NCBI GenBank assembly: GCA_050260015.1
Contig: JBLNBN010000060.1
Coordinates: forward strand, 974-64,973
From: Chloroflexota bacterium
GTDB lineage: Bacteria; Bacteroidota; Ignavibacteria; Kapaibacteriales; UBA2268
Reading direction: 5' to 3'
Length of the DNA: 64,000 bases
A model generated the notes under the pieces. It worked only from the letters and a program-made list of their open reading frames with translations, made no database searches and was not told the DNA's origin. Both the position numbers and the translations under genes were made by a program. Of the stretch, positions 1 through 9,695 are shown one piece after another (positions within the stretch are counted from its first letter, which is position 1; each line of letters opens with the position of its first letter).

Positions 1-302
1 CGCGGATACATTTCGGAGACGGTGGGGTGGAATAAATAGTCGCAGCCCGCGCTTTCGGCGATCTTCGAATCGCGTTCCAGGTCGCGGGGGTACTTATCGA
101 AATCCTCGTTGGGTCCGAATTGCGTAGGATTAACGAAGACGGAAGCTATAACTACGTCCGCCAGCTCGCGGGAGCGCTTGATGAGTCCTGCATGCCCCTC
201 GTGGAGATAGCCCATAGTCGGGACGAAGGATATTGTTTTACCAATTGCTTTAAGTTTGCCCGAGACGCTCTGCATCTCTTCAATTGATTTAATGATTTGC
301 AT
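1..302 (-). CDS. panC: Pantoate--beta-alanine ligase, N-terminal portion (gene runs off the window start)
   Basis: The reverse strand translates [51 protein letters not shown]...[22 protein letters not shown]. The PTMGxLHEGH and NPxQFG motifs are diagnostic of PanC. The start ATG is at 300-302 on the minus strand. Confidence 0.75.
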   Translation of the reverse strand, partial: MQIIKSIEEMQSVSGKLKAIGKTISFVPTMGYLHEGHAGLIKRSRELADVVIASVFVNPTQFGPNEDFDKYPRDLERDSKIAESAGCDYLFHPTVSEMYP

Positions 303-337
303 GGTATCGCCGTATTGGAAATTAATCGAAGGCAAAT

Positions 338-970
338 TTACGCATTTCTGACGAGAGCGCCCGCGCGCGCGTTCGTCATCGAAGTTATTTTTTCGCAAAA
401 ATCCGCCACGTTTGAAATCGGCACTTTCGCGTTGAATTCGCAGGCGTCGGAGTACGTTTCGTCGTAGCTCGTAGCGTACTCGGCGAGCAGCCTTTTAATA
501 AGCGTTACGTCCTCGTAAATGCAAAACACCTGGACGTCGGTCGTGCGCCAGAGCGTTTTGACCGCGGCGCCCTCGAGCGCTTCGATAGCCGACTGCGAGT
601 ACGCCCTCGCGAGCGGCCCAACTCCAAGCTTTGTGCCGCCGAAGTATCGCGTTACGACGCATATAATATCGGTCAGGGAAAATTTATTTAGCGCGAAAAG
701 GATAGGCCTACCCGCCGTGCCGCTCGGCTCGCCGTCGTCGGAGTAGCGGAAGTCCAGCCCGTCGGGACCGAACCTATAAGCGAAACAATTGTGAGTTGCG
801 TCATAAAATTCGGACCTGAGCTTTTGTAGAATTTCTTCGGCTTCGGCCCTGTCTTTTGCCGGTACGACCGTTGCGATAAAGCTGGAGCCCTTGATTTTTA
901 TCTGGGAACGGTTTACGCCGGCGATCGTAAAGTATTTGTCTTTTTCCTTGCCGTCTTCGGTTTTACTCAT
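338..970 (-). CDS. yigZ: IMPACT/YigZ family protein (UPF0029)
   Basis: 210-aa ORF. It has the HNCFAYRF motif and an overall YigZ-like N-terminal domain. Confidence 0.75.
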   Translation of the reverse strand: MSKTEDGKEKDKYFTIAGVNRSQIKIKGSSFIATVVPAKDRAEAEEILQKLRSEFYDATHNCFAYRFGPDGLDFRYSDDGEPSGTAGRPILFALNKFSLTDIICVVTRYFGGTKLGVGPLARAYSQSAIEALEGAAVKTLWRTTDVQVFCIYEDVTLIKRLLAEYATSYDETYSDACEFNAKVPISNVADFCEKITSMTNARAGALVRNA

Positions 971-992
971 TTTAATATATAAAGGCAGAATT

Positions 993-2138
993 ATGAAAAT
1001 AGGGATGGTGTGCTATCCGACTTACGGCGGCAGCGGAATCGTCGCGACCGAGCTCGGGATGGAACTCGCCGAACGAGGCCACCAGGTGCACTTTATCAGC
1101 TATGCGGCTCCGATGAGGCTCGATACGTTTCATCCGAATATATTTTACCATGAAGTGGAAATACCGCATTACCCGCTTTTCGAATTTCACATGTATACTC
1201 TCGCATTAACGGGAAAAATTATCGACGTAATAAAATATGAAAAATTGGACGTAGTCCACGTCCACTACGCCATTCCCCATGCAGTGAGCGGATTGCTGAC
1301 CAAGCAAATTCTCGGGGACAAAAATATAAAATTAATCACTACGTTGCACGGCACAGATATAACTTTGGTCGGTTTGGAGCCCGCTTTCCAGCCTATCGTG
1401 CGGTATTCCTTGCAGCAATCGGACGCCGTTACGTCGGTCTCCCAGTATTTAAAAGACAAGACTATACAACTCTTTTCACCCGAACGTCCAATAGAAGTAA
1501 TTTATAATTTTATAAATCCCGAAGTCTATAAGCCGTCCGAATGCAGATTGCGAATTCAAATAGCCGCCGAAGGAGAGCGAATCCTGGTGCATACGTCCAA
1601 TTTTAGACCGGTAAAGAGGGTTACCGACACAATACTAGTACTAGCCGAAGTATTAAAGAAATGCCCCGCTAAGCTCGTTCTAATCGGCGACGGCCCCGAC
1701 AGGCACGAAGCGGAAGCTCTCGCCCGGAAGATGGGAATCTCCGAGCACGTAAAATTTCTCGGTAAGCAGACTGCACTTCCGCAGATACTATCCTGCGGGG
1801 ACGTCTTTTTGCTGCCGAGCCAATCCGAAAGCTTCGGGTTAGCCGCGCTGGAGGCGATGGCGTGCGGATTGCCGGTAGTAGCGACGAGCGTGGGAGGCAT
1901 TCCCGAAGTCGTCGAGCACGGCGAAACAGGCTTCGTTACCGAAATTGGCGACACGGAACGTATGGCCAAGTATATCGTAGAACTATTTGAAAATCCAAAG
2001 AAATTGGAAGCGCTTTCCGTAAACGCGCGCAATCGCGCAGTCGAGAAATTTCACGTCGATAAGATCATTCCCCAGTACGAAGAATTATATTTGCAATTGG
2101 TTGAGGGGAAATACGCGGTTAACGGCGTCGCGCAATGA
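993..2138 (+). CDS. bshA: GT4 glycosyltransferase, BshA-like (N-acetyl-alpha-D-glucosaminyl L-malate synthase)
   Basis: Begins MKIGMVCYPTYGGSGIVATELGMELAERGHQVHFISYA and continues to HPNIFYHEV. The C-terminal part carries a GT4 E-x7-E-like region (ESFGLAALEAMACGLPVV). The ATG at 993 was chosen over the upstream ORF-track start. Confidence 0.7.
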   Translation: MKIGMVCYPTYGGSGIVATELGMELAERGHQVHFISYAAPMRLDTFHPNIFYHEVEIPHYPLFEFHMYTLALTGKIIDVIKYEKLDVVHVHYAIPHAVSGLLTKQILGDKNIKLITTLHGTDITLVGLEPAFQPIVRYSLQQSDAVTSVSQYLKDKTIQLFSPERPIEVIYNFINPEVYKPSECRLRIQIAAEGERILVHTSNFRPVKRVTDTILVLAEVLKKCPAKLVLIGDGPDRHEAEALARKMGISEHVKFLGKQTALPQILSCGDVFLLPSQSESFGLAALEAMACGLPVVATSVGGIPEVVEHGETGFVTEIGDTERMAKYIVELFENPKKLEALSVNARNRAVEKFHVDKIIPQYEELYLQLVEGKYAVNGVAQ

Positions 2139-2211
2139 AATACAAGCGTTAGCCGTCAATCAGTTTAAATTTAATACGTCTGAAAATCTTATTAAATTAA
2201 AGAAAGAAATT

Positions 2212-3552
2212 ATGGAATATCCGAAAATTGTACTCAGCGATATAGAGAACTTCCACGAGTTGGGCGTATACGAAAAGAACGGCGGCTACGAGCAATTCCG
2301 CCGGGCTTTAACGCTAACTCCCGACGTTATAATCAATGAATTGAAAAAGTCGAAACTGCGGGGCAGGGGCGGCGCAGCTTTCCCAACCGGGCTAAAGTGG
2401 AGCTTTATGCCTAAGGCTAACGACAAGCCCAAATATCTCTGCATAAACGGCGACGAGAGCGAGCCCGCTTCCTTCAAGGATAGGTTGATCTTCGAAAAGA
2501 ACCCTCACCAATTGATAGAGGGAATACTGATAGCCGCCTACGCGATGAATATAACGACGACCTATATTTATATACGCGGCGAATACCATCGCTGGATCCG
2601 ATTAATGCAGAAAGCCCTCGACGACGCCTACGCTGCCGGATATATCGGGGACGGTATGAAGAAAACGTTCGGCAAGGACTTCACGACGAATATCTATATC
2701 CATAAAGGCGCCGGGGCGTATATCTGCGGCGAGGAAACTGCGCTTATGAACTCCATACAGGGCGAGCGCGGATACCCGAGATTCAAGCCGCCTTTCCCGG
2801 CAAACTTCGGCCTTTGGGGCATGCCCACGACTATAAATAACGTCGAAACAATTGCGACGGTCCCGGCCATTATGAAAATGGGGGGCGAGGAGTATTCCCG
2901 AATCGGGGCGGAGCAACACCCAGGCACATTGCTGTTCGGCGTCTCCGGCCACGTCAATCGTCCAGGAGTTTATGAGCTTCCCACGGGAACGCTGCTGACC
3001 GAAATTATTAACGACGTCTGCGGCGGCGTACCGGGCAACAAAAAGATAAAAGCCGTTATCCCGGGCGGATCTTCTATGCCGCCCTTGAGGGGCGATAAGC
3101 TGGAAGGCGTTCGCATGGACGAGGAATCGCTTAAGCTGCACGGCACGCACATCGGCACGGGAGGCATCGTCGTGATGGACGAGGACACCGACCTTGTAAA
3201 AGTCACTGTGCGAATAGCGCGGTTCTACCATCATGAGTCCTGCGGGCAGTGCACGCCCTGCCGCGAAGGTTGCGGTTGGATGGAAAAGATACTAAGGCGC
3301 ATAGAGCGCGGCGAGGGTACGCGCAACGATATGGATATGCTTATTTCGGTCGCGAACAACATCGAAGGAAATACGATTTGCGCCCTCGGCGACGCGGCGG
3401 CATGGGCCGTTCGCGGATTCGTTGCAACTTTCCCGGAGGAGTTCGAGCGCGCCGTCAACGAGAGACGAACTTACGTCGCTCCTAACCAGGTCCACAGCAA
3501 ACGCGGCACTAAGGAGGAACTTGTTTTCGAGTCGCCCTCTCCAATGGCTTAA
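2212..3552 (+). CDS. NADH dehydrogenase 51-kDa subunit-like flavoprotein (NuoF/HoxF family), orphan
   Basis: Contains GRGGAAFPTGLKW (NADH/FMN site), GAGAYICGEETAL, and ESCGQCTPCREGCGW (the N3 4Fe-4S motif). The start is set at MEYPKIV. No nuoE or nuoG is adjacent. Confidence 0.75.
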   Translation: MEYPKIVLSDIENFHELGVYEKNGGYEQFRRALTLTPDVIINELKKSKLRGRGGAAFPTGLKWSFMPKANDKPKYLCINGDESEPASFKDRLIFEKNPHQLIEGILIAAYAMNITTTYIYIRGEYHRWIRLMQKALDDAYAAGYIGDGMKKTFGKDFTTNIYIHKGAGAYICGEETALMNSIQGERGYPRFKPPFPANFGLWGMPTTINNVETIATVPAIMKMGGEEYSRIGAEQHPGTLLFGVSGHVNRPGVYELPTGTLLTEIINDVCGGVPGNKKIKAVIPGGSSMPPLRGDKLEGVRMDEESLKLHGTHIGTGGIVVMDEDTDLVKVTVRIARFYHHESCGQCTPCREGCGWMEKILRRIERGEGTRNDMDMLISVANNIEGNTICALGDAAAWAVRGFVATFPEEFERAVNERRTYVAPNQVHSKRGTKEELVFESPSPMA

Positions 3553-5030
3553 TTAGTCGCTTTAGCAGGTTTTGATCGCCGGAATAATCTCTTTATTTCG
3601 GCGATTTCTTTTTGCGTAAAGAATCCGCTCGCTTTGAGAAGGATACCGAACAGAACCAGCGACGCGATCCTAATTAGGATTGCCGGGAGCGAATCCATAC
3701 CGTTCGTTATTAGATAGACCGGGAAAAAAGTGAGCGCGCAGAGACCGAAGAGTATGGCGATACGGCGCCATTCGTAATTTATGGGGTAAATCTTTCTCGT
3801 ATAAAAATATAGAACGCTCGCGCTGGTCAGGTAACCGGCTACCGACGCCCAAGCGGCGCCCGAGTAATTAAGAGATGGAATCAGGAGGAAGTTCATTCCG
3901 ATCTTAACTATTACCGCGGCTAACACGGCCACTGTGATCAACTCCGTTTTTTTCTTGATTAAAAATCCAGCAGTCAGATTTGTAAAGACGCCGTTAAAGT
4001 AGTAGCTGATGAGTATTATTGGAACTATGTAAAGCCCGCTCCAGTACTCCGGATTGATTAACTTGCCGCCCACGAAAGGTATTTTTACCGCGTATTCGAT
4101 AAATAAAGAAGTGAAAAGGAAAATTGCCGCGCAAATCATCGTAAAGTAGGTGAGCACCCGGCTGTACATATCTTTAGAGCCCTCTTCCTTATAATTGCTT
4201 AAATAGAACGGCTTCCAGGCGTATTCGAAAACCGATACGAAAACGAGCATCGGCAGCGCAAGCCGCATATTTACCGAGAACATACCTACCGTCTCGGAAT
4301 TGGTAAGAGCTTTTAGTATAGGTCTGTCGGCGATTTGCAATAGAACTGAAGAAAACGCCGCAGGCACTGTCGGCAGGCCTAAGCGGAACATCTGTTTTAG
4401 CAGCTTCCAGTCGAAATCCAGAGTGAAGTATTTAATAATTTCAGGGATGAAAATTGCCACGCCTATTATGGAGGCGATCAATTGCGCCAGGAAAATGCCT
4501 TCGCCGCCGTACCTGAAGTAAACTATAAACAAGAAATTGAGTACGACTGTAATAACTATAAGAGCGAAGCGCGTGGCGGCGAATCTCATAGCTTTCCGGT
4601 TCATTCGCAGGACCGCGTAGGGGATTACCATCCACGTGTCGAATATAGGGATCATCGCCGCATATTGAAACATACGAAGACTGCCCTCAATTTCCAGCCA
4701 TTCGTAGATTTGCCGCGAAAAGCCCATTACCAGCGAAGTCCATACTATCCCAAGCGCCATTATTATAAAGAACGAATGCGAGAAAACCTTCTTCTCGTGG
4801 TAATTGTCTCCCTCCCGGAAATAACGGAAGAAAGAAGACTCCATACCAAGCGTAAAGAAGATGGCAATAATACTCATTAGGGCGAAGAGGTAAGTTACGT
4901 CGCCGACGACGCTCTTTGAAACGTAATTGGTATAGAGAGGGGTCAGGAAGAACGTTAAGAATCTTCCTAACACTATGAAAAAGCCATATATTAAAGTATC
5001 GGTAGCGAGGGTTTTAATTCTACTTGACAT
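3549..5030 (-). CDS. Polysaccharide biosynthesis protein / oligosaccharide flippase (Wzx/PST family)
   Basis: 493 aa, with roughly 12-14 predicted hydrophobic helices. The layout is typical of a MOP/PST flippase. Confidence 0.65.
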   Translation of the reverse strand: MSSRIKTLATDTLIYGFFIVLGRFLTFFLTPLYTNYVSKSVVGDVTYLFALMSIIAIFFTLGMESSFFRYFREGDNYHEKKVFSHSFFIIMALGIVWTSLVMGFSRQIYEWLEIEGSLRMFQYAAMIPIFDTWMVIPYAVLRMNRKAMRFAATRFALIVITVVLNFLFIVYFRYGGEGIFLAQLIASIIGVAIFIPEIIKYFTLDFDWKLLKQMFRLGLPTVPAAFSSVLLQIADRPILKALTNSETVGMFSVNMRLALPMLVFVSVFEYAWKPFYLSNYKEEGSKDMYSRVLTYFTMICAAIFLFTSLFIEYAVKIPFVGGKLINPEYWSGLYIVPIILISYYFNGVFTNLTAGFLIKKKTELITVAVLAAVIVKIGMNFLLIPSLNYSGAAWASVAGYLTSASVLYFYTRKIYPINYEWRRIAILFGLCALTFFPVYLITNGMDSLPAILIRIASLVLFGILLKASGFFTQKEIAEIKRLFRRSKPAKATN

Positions 5031-5075
5031 TCGGCGCCGTAAAAGGAATACAAATTACCGAAAAAATAGAATATA

Positions 5076-7142
5076 TTAAAAGCCCGCCACGAGGACCTTT
5101 GTTGCAACGACTTCGCCCAGAGCTTCGATCGCAATAATAACCAAGCCTGGGTCAAGCTCATCCAGTATAAATTCAAAATTTTCCCCGCGAACTGAGCAAT
5201 TAAAATCTCGCTGGAAAATTAACCTGCCAGCGGCGTCGTAGGCGCGAAGAGCATGCCGCCCGACTTCGGACGCGACGAATTTAACCCCGGCCCTGCCGTC
5301 GGAGGAGCGCGTAAACGAAGTAGCTTCAGCTTTTACGATCCTGTTGTCCAAAAGTCTTTTCCCGCCCCTATCGCAATAGACCAGGTTTAGTTCCTTGCCC
5401 TCGGTCGTTAAACTTATAGATTTTAGCTTATCCGTAAAGAAAGCTTGTTCTATTACTATTGAATCCCTTTCTACGGCTCCAAGGAGCGGCGCGCACTCAA
5501 TTTCCGCAATAAGCGAACGCTCGGGGGCCGTGGCAGCTTCGGGTTGGATGGTGAGACGAATCCTATCGAAGTCCTTAATTTGGTTAATCAATCTTCCTTT
5601 AGAAAGCGCCTTGAAAAATAGCATTTGTCGCGGCAGGGAAACAACGATCGAATCGAGCGAATAATTTGAAGCAATTACTGAATCTGCCGGGGAAGTCGCG
5701 TAGATGCCCGTCCTGAAATTATCAAGCTTCGGATCTACCTCGGCCGATTCAACTTCCGGCCATATCCTAAGCATGGTTGCGCCGTGAGCCGTGGCCGAAA
5801 GCGTAACGTCGCGAATAAACGTGCAATCGAGCATGCTGAAGAAAATGCGAGCAGTGTCCTTGAACGAGCCCTGCTGAAAGCTATTAAAGCTTACGTCAAG
5901 GTCGACTGATTGGTTTGGAGCAAGTGGGTAGTTCTTTATCGCAGCAGCGTCCAGGCTAAACCCCAGGGTCCCTGAAAGCAGGACAACGGAATCGATAACG
6001 ATTGGGAATTTTGGGCGATTGCTTATCGTTAGCGGCAACGTTGCCGGCGCTCCAACCCAGACGTTGCCGAAATCCATTTGGCTTACCCCGACGCTGTCCT
6101 TCCATATGAAAGCTGTTAAACTCACCTTCACGTCCATGGCGCCTTTGCCGTCTTTAAGCTTTAATGTGAATTCAGCCTGCTGTATCCCGAACTTAATGTC
6201 AATTTTAGGAGAATAGAGCACATTGAGAGACAAACCCTCGTTCGGAACGTTAAGCGGCGTAGCAGGCGGATTTACTACGCTAAAAACCGAGGCGTTAGGG
6301 CCGGCGACGGGTGAGATCGATTCAATAGAAAGCGGGGAGCTCCCCGGCCTAATAACGACAGGTAAAACCTTGCTGCCGCAAATAAGAGAATCGCCGTAAT
6401 CCAATGACCTGGTAACGCTAAAAACGGATCCGTCAATAATTGCATGGAACGGAACGATAAGCGTATCCATGCAGGCAGCGTTCATAAATACTCTAACGGA
6501 GGAATATATTTCCTGGCTGCTTGGAAAATTGAACTCTAAAGGTATTTGCGCCGTATCGCCGGCGGCGACGTTGCGAACCTGAAATCCTAGCTTCTGCGTG
6601 CCGAATAAAACGCTATCCAGGCGGACCGGCTCAAATCCAAGATTCGTAAAATTGATAGTGTCGCGAAGCGTTAGTCCCGCCGCTACGGAGCCATGGTCTA
6701 AATTGTAGGGGTTGAACGTATAAAGAGTATTTGTCGAGCTTCCGCTCAGGTCAATGTTTAACTCCATTGGGAGATAATTTGTCCAAATCGTAAGACGCGC
6801 AGTTTTAAGCGACGTATCGCCTTTGACGTAAGTAAATTTAACGGTAAGATTAAGAGCGTTCTCTCCATTATCGAACGGGGGAAGATCTATATCGTTATTT
6901 AGCAAAGGATTATTTACGATAGAGAAATAGCTCGCATCGGGGCCGCTGATGACTGGGTTGCGCAAAATCTTTACGGTTTCAAAGTCAAAATTCTTAATCA
7001 CAATATCTTTGGTAACGTAGGAACCAGGGCAGCTCTCTTCAAAATATAAGCTCTTGGTATAGTCTATTACGTCGGCATTAGCCGCATTAAGAGTAACGGC
7101 CATAAACGCGTAAAATAGCATAAAATAAAAAGTTTTCATCAT
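5076..7142 (-). CDS. Secreted hypothetical protein (Ig-like/beta-rich), probable T9SS cargo
   Basis: N-terminal signal peptide MMKTFYFMLFYAFMAVTLNAANA. Sequence composition is beta-rich. The C-terminal ~80 aa look like a type IX secretion sorting domain. Confidence 0.55.
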   Translation of the reverse strand: MMKTFYFMLFYAFMAVTLNAANADVIDYTKSLYFEESCPGSYVTKDIVIKNFDFETVKILRNPVISGPDASYFSIVNNPLLNNDIDLPPFDNGENALNLTVKFTYVKGDTSLKTARLTIWTNYLPMELNIDLSGSSTNTLYTFNPYNLDHGSVAAGLTLRDTINFTNLGFEPVRLDSVLFGTQKLGFQVRNVAAGDTAQIPLEFNFPSSQEIYSSVRVFMNAACMDTLIVPFHAIIDGSVFSVTRSLDYGDSLICGSKVLPVVIRPGSSPLSIESISPVAGPNASVFSVVNPPATPLNVPNEGLSLNVLYSPKIDIKFGIQQAEFTLKLKDGKGAMDVKVSLTAFIWKDSVGVSQMDFGNVWVGAPATLPLTISNRPKFPIVIDSVVLLSGTLGFSLDAAAIKNYPLAPNQSVDLDVSFNSFQQGSFKDTARIFFSMLDCTFIRDVTLSATAHGATMLRIWPEVESAEVDPKLDNFRTGIYATSPADSVIASNYSLDSIVVSLPRQMLFFKALSKGRLINQIKDFDRIRLTIQPEAATAPERSLIAEIECAPLLGAVERDSIVIEQAFFTDKLKSISLTTEGKELNLVYCDRGGKRLLDNRIVKAEATSFTRSSDGRAGVKFVASEVGRHALRAYDAAGRLIFQRDFNCSVRGENFEFILDELDPGLVIIAIEALGEVVATKVLVAGF

Positions 7143-7310
7143 TTGCTCCTGTTCCGATTTATCAGCGTAAATTTATGTAAAATCGAGATATTCTCCAAAT
7201 TTATTTTGCTTAATGAAAAGATTTTAAAATTTATTTTCAAAAATTAAATATTTTTCCTTAATATTGCAATTGATTGTTCTCATTATCTGAGTTATTGGCG
7301 GAATAGGAGT

Positions 7311-8414
7311 ATGAGAAAGCATATATACTTATTTAGTCTCGCATTGATAGCTTATTTATTCGCGGCGCCGCAAGCTTTAGAAGCAAAGGCGCGTAAGAGA
7401 GCATTTATAGAGCAATATACGAGCACAAAGTGCGGAACATGCGTCGACGGGTTCGTTATGATAAACGCTATACATTTGTCGCACCCCGACGAGGTAGTGA
7501 GCGCGAAGTTACATCTCTCCGATCCTATGGAAATATCGGACGCGGAGAAGATATATAAACGCCTTAATCCCAACGCCCGACCTACCGCCACGATCGATAG
7601 AAATACTTATAATCCAAACGATAGCTCACTCAATGTCGTTTATTGCAGCGGCTGGTATATGGCCGTAGAGCAAGCTCTAAAAATTCCGGCTATCGCTGAT
7701 ATCTCCGCAAAATTCAGTATAACTGATTCTCGCACCTGCCTCTTAACTATTAAAGTATCGTTCGATTCAATTCCCGCCAGGAATATGGCTCTTAATTATT
7801 ACATAATTGAGAACGACGTAACCGGCGGCGAAGCATATGACCAGGCAAATAGCTACGATAAGCTATCGGAACATGAATACTACAATAAAGGCAACCCGAT
7901 AAAGGGATTCGTGCATCAAAAGGTAATACGCTACATCGGGGGCGACATTCGCGGCGTTCCGGGTTCATTACCTCCCTCGACGGAAATAACGGCTGGAAAA
8001 GTATATACGTTTACCCGGGAAGTCCCGCTGGATCTTGCATGGGACCCGAATAATCTATGCGTCGCAGCCATCGTCCAATATGACGATTCGGCGGATATTC
8101 GCGTCGATAACGCAGTCTATGCCGAAAAGGAACTTTCGGTTAACGATAATTCTTTAAACACAACCTCGCTGCGTATTTATCCTAACCCGGCGACCAATAG
8201 CGCTACGGCCCAGATTAATTTGCCCGAAGTCTCTCTTGGACGGCTCATACTCTATAATGCTCTGGGCGAACGAATAACCTACCTGGTCGGCAAAATAGGC
8301 GGCGGGGAGACGTTCGCGCCGCTGGATTTGAGCGGGCTGGAGCCTGGGGCGTACTTCCTGGTATTGGAGTCCGACGCAGGTGTTGCAAAAGCTAATTTAA
8401 ATATAATCAAATAA
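7311..8414 (+). CDS. Omp28-related/thioredoxin-fold-like CxxC secreted protein with T9SS C-terminal sorting domain (paralog 1)
   Basis: Signal peptide, then the conserved KRAFIEQYTSTKCGTCVDG block shared by all three paralogs. The C-terminus reads LRIYPNPATNSATAQINL...GAYFLVLESDAGVAKANLNIIK, a Por_Secre_tail-type T9SS domain. Confidence 0.65.
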   Translation: MRKHIYLFSLALIAYLFAAPQALEAKARKRAFIEQYTSTKCGTCVDGFVMINAIHLSHPDEVVSAKLHLSDPMEISDAEKIYKRLNPNARPTATIDRNTYNPNDSSLNVVYCSGWYMAVEQALKIPAIADISAKFSITDSRTCLLTIKVSFDSIPARNMALNYYIIENDVTGGEAYDQANSYDKLSEHEYYNKGNPIKGFVHQKVIRYIGGDIRGVPGSLPPSTEITAGKVYTFTREVPLDLAWDPNNLCVAAIVQYDDSADIRVDNAVYAEKELSVNDNSLNTTSLRIYPNPATNSATAQINLPEVSLGRLILYNALGERITYLVGKIGGGETFAPLDLSGLEPGAYFLVLESDAGVAKANLNIIK

Positions 8415-8481
8415 TTATAAAGATCAATTACAAAGCGCGGGACTGCCGGCAATAACTTTATTAAAGCGTAGAGGAATCGAA

Positions 8482-9591
8482 ATGAGAAAACATATGTTAT
8501 ATTTTGGTCTTGCTGTGATAGCATTTCTTCTAATTTCAAATGAGCAAGCATTATCCAACGCAACAAAACGAGTCTTCTTCCTGCAATTTACCGACGCCGG
8601 ATGCGGCAATTGCGTCGATGGTACGGTAATTATGGACTCGCTGCTGGCTGATTACCCGGATCTATTAATCGGGGCAAAGTTACACGGTTCAGACTCGATG
8701 AGAATCGATGACGGCGAGATTTATTGGAATTACATTTATACCCATGCAATTCCCGCCGCGGCAGTTGATTTTAGGGATTACAATTATCCGTCCAATAATA
8801 AAGTTGGATTGGATCGCCCCTACTGGAAAAGGGCGGTGGATTCGGCCCTAAAGCTGCCTGCAATCGCTGATATAAAATGCGTTTACGAGATAAACGAACC
8901 GGGAGAATTAACACTCCAGTTGAGCGCTACTTTCAATGCGATACCCCAAGCCGATTTGGCCTTTAATTATTACGTTATTGAAAACGAAGTAACGGGCTCC
9001 GGCAAGGGATACGACCAGTCAAATTACTATAACGACAAGGCCGGCCACCAGTATTATGGTAAGGGCAACCCAATCGTAAATTATGCGCATAAGAACGTTG
9101 TCCGGGCAGTCGGCGGCGGATTAAGGGGCATCGTTAGTTCTTTGCCGCCTGCGTCCGAATTAGAATTGAACGGGACGTACTCGTTTACAGATAAGATCAA
9201 GCTAAATCCCAACTGGAATAAAGATAATCTTAAGATCGTCGGGGTATTGCAGCGCCAAGGCGACGACGACGTTATGATTGAAAATTCCGTATATGCCATA
9301 AAAGGGAAAATTAATTCCCTGGACGATAACGCGGAAGGCGCGCAATTAACTGTGGCTCCTAATCCTGCCGGCGAGATAGTTTATGCGCATACTAACCTGC
9401 CGGGCGACTTAATAGTAACATTAACTCTTTATGACAGCTTTGGGAGCATAGCGGCCGAATATTCCAATTGCAGAATGGGAGCCGACTGCGGTACTTCAAT
9501 TAATGTAAAGAGCCTTACGCCGGGCTTGTATTTATTAGTTCTCAAGTCGCAGGATATAAGTCTAAGTACGAGCTTAATTATAATTCGATGA
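8482..9591 (+). CDS. Omp28-related/thioredoxin-fold-like CxxC secreted protein with T9SS C-terminal sorting domain (paralog 2)
   Basis: Conserved block KRVFFLQFTDAGCGNCVDG. T9SS tail LTVAPNPAGEIVYAHTNLPGD...GLYLLVLKSQDISLSTSLIIIR. Confidence 0.65.
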   Translation: MRKHMLYFGLAVIAFLLISNEQALSNATKRVFFLQFTDAGCGNCVDGTVIMDSLLADYPDLLIGAKLHGSDSMRIDDGEIYWNYIYTHAIPAAAVDFRDYNYPSNNKVGLDRPYWKRAVDSALKLPAIADIKCVYEINEPGELTLQLSATFNAIPQADLAFNYYVIENEVTGSGKGYDQSNYYNDKAGHQYYGKGNPIVNYAHKNVVRAVGGGLRGIVSSLPPASELELNGTYSFTDKIKLNPNWNKDNLKIVGVLQRQGDDDVMIENSVYAIKGKINSLDDNAEGAQLTVAPNPAGEIVYAHTNLPGDLIVTLTLYDSFGSIAAEYSNCRMGADCGTSINVKSLTPGLYLLVLKSQDISLSTSLIIIR

Positions 9592-9636
9592 AATAATTTT
9601 TGAACAATAAAAAATTATTGCATTATTCCGAGAAAA

Positions 9637-9674
9637 TTTGCTATAATTGCATTATAAACGTTCTAATATTTTTG
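9637..9674 (+). promoter_or_regulatory. Candidate Bacteroidota-type sigmaA promoter (-33 TTTG / -7 TATTTTTG) for paralog 3
   Basis: TTTG at 9637-9640 and TATTTTTG at 9667-9674 sit upstream of the ATG at 9696. The 26-nt spacing is longer than the consensus. Confidence 0.3.
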
Positions 9675-9695
9675 AATAAGGTGGAGAGTTTAAGT

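Noticed and set aside
2602-3234. 210-aa minus-strand ORF inside nuoF
   Set aside because: It is antisense to a confidently identified, motif-rich gene and has no recognisable features of its own.
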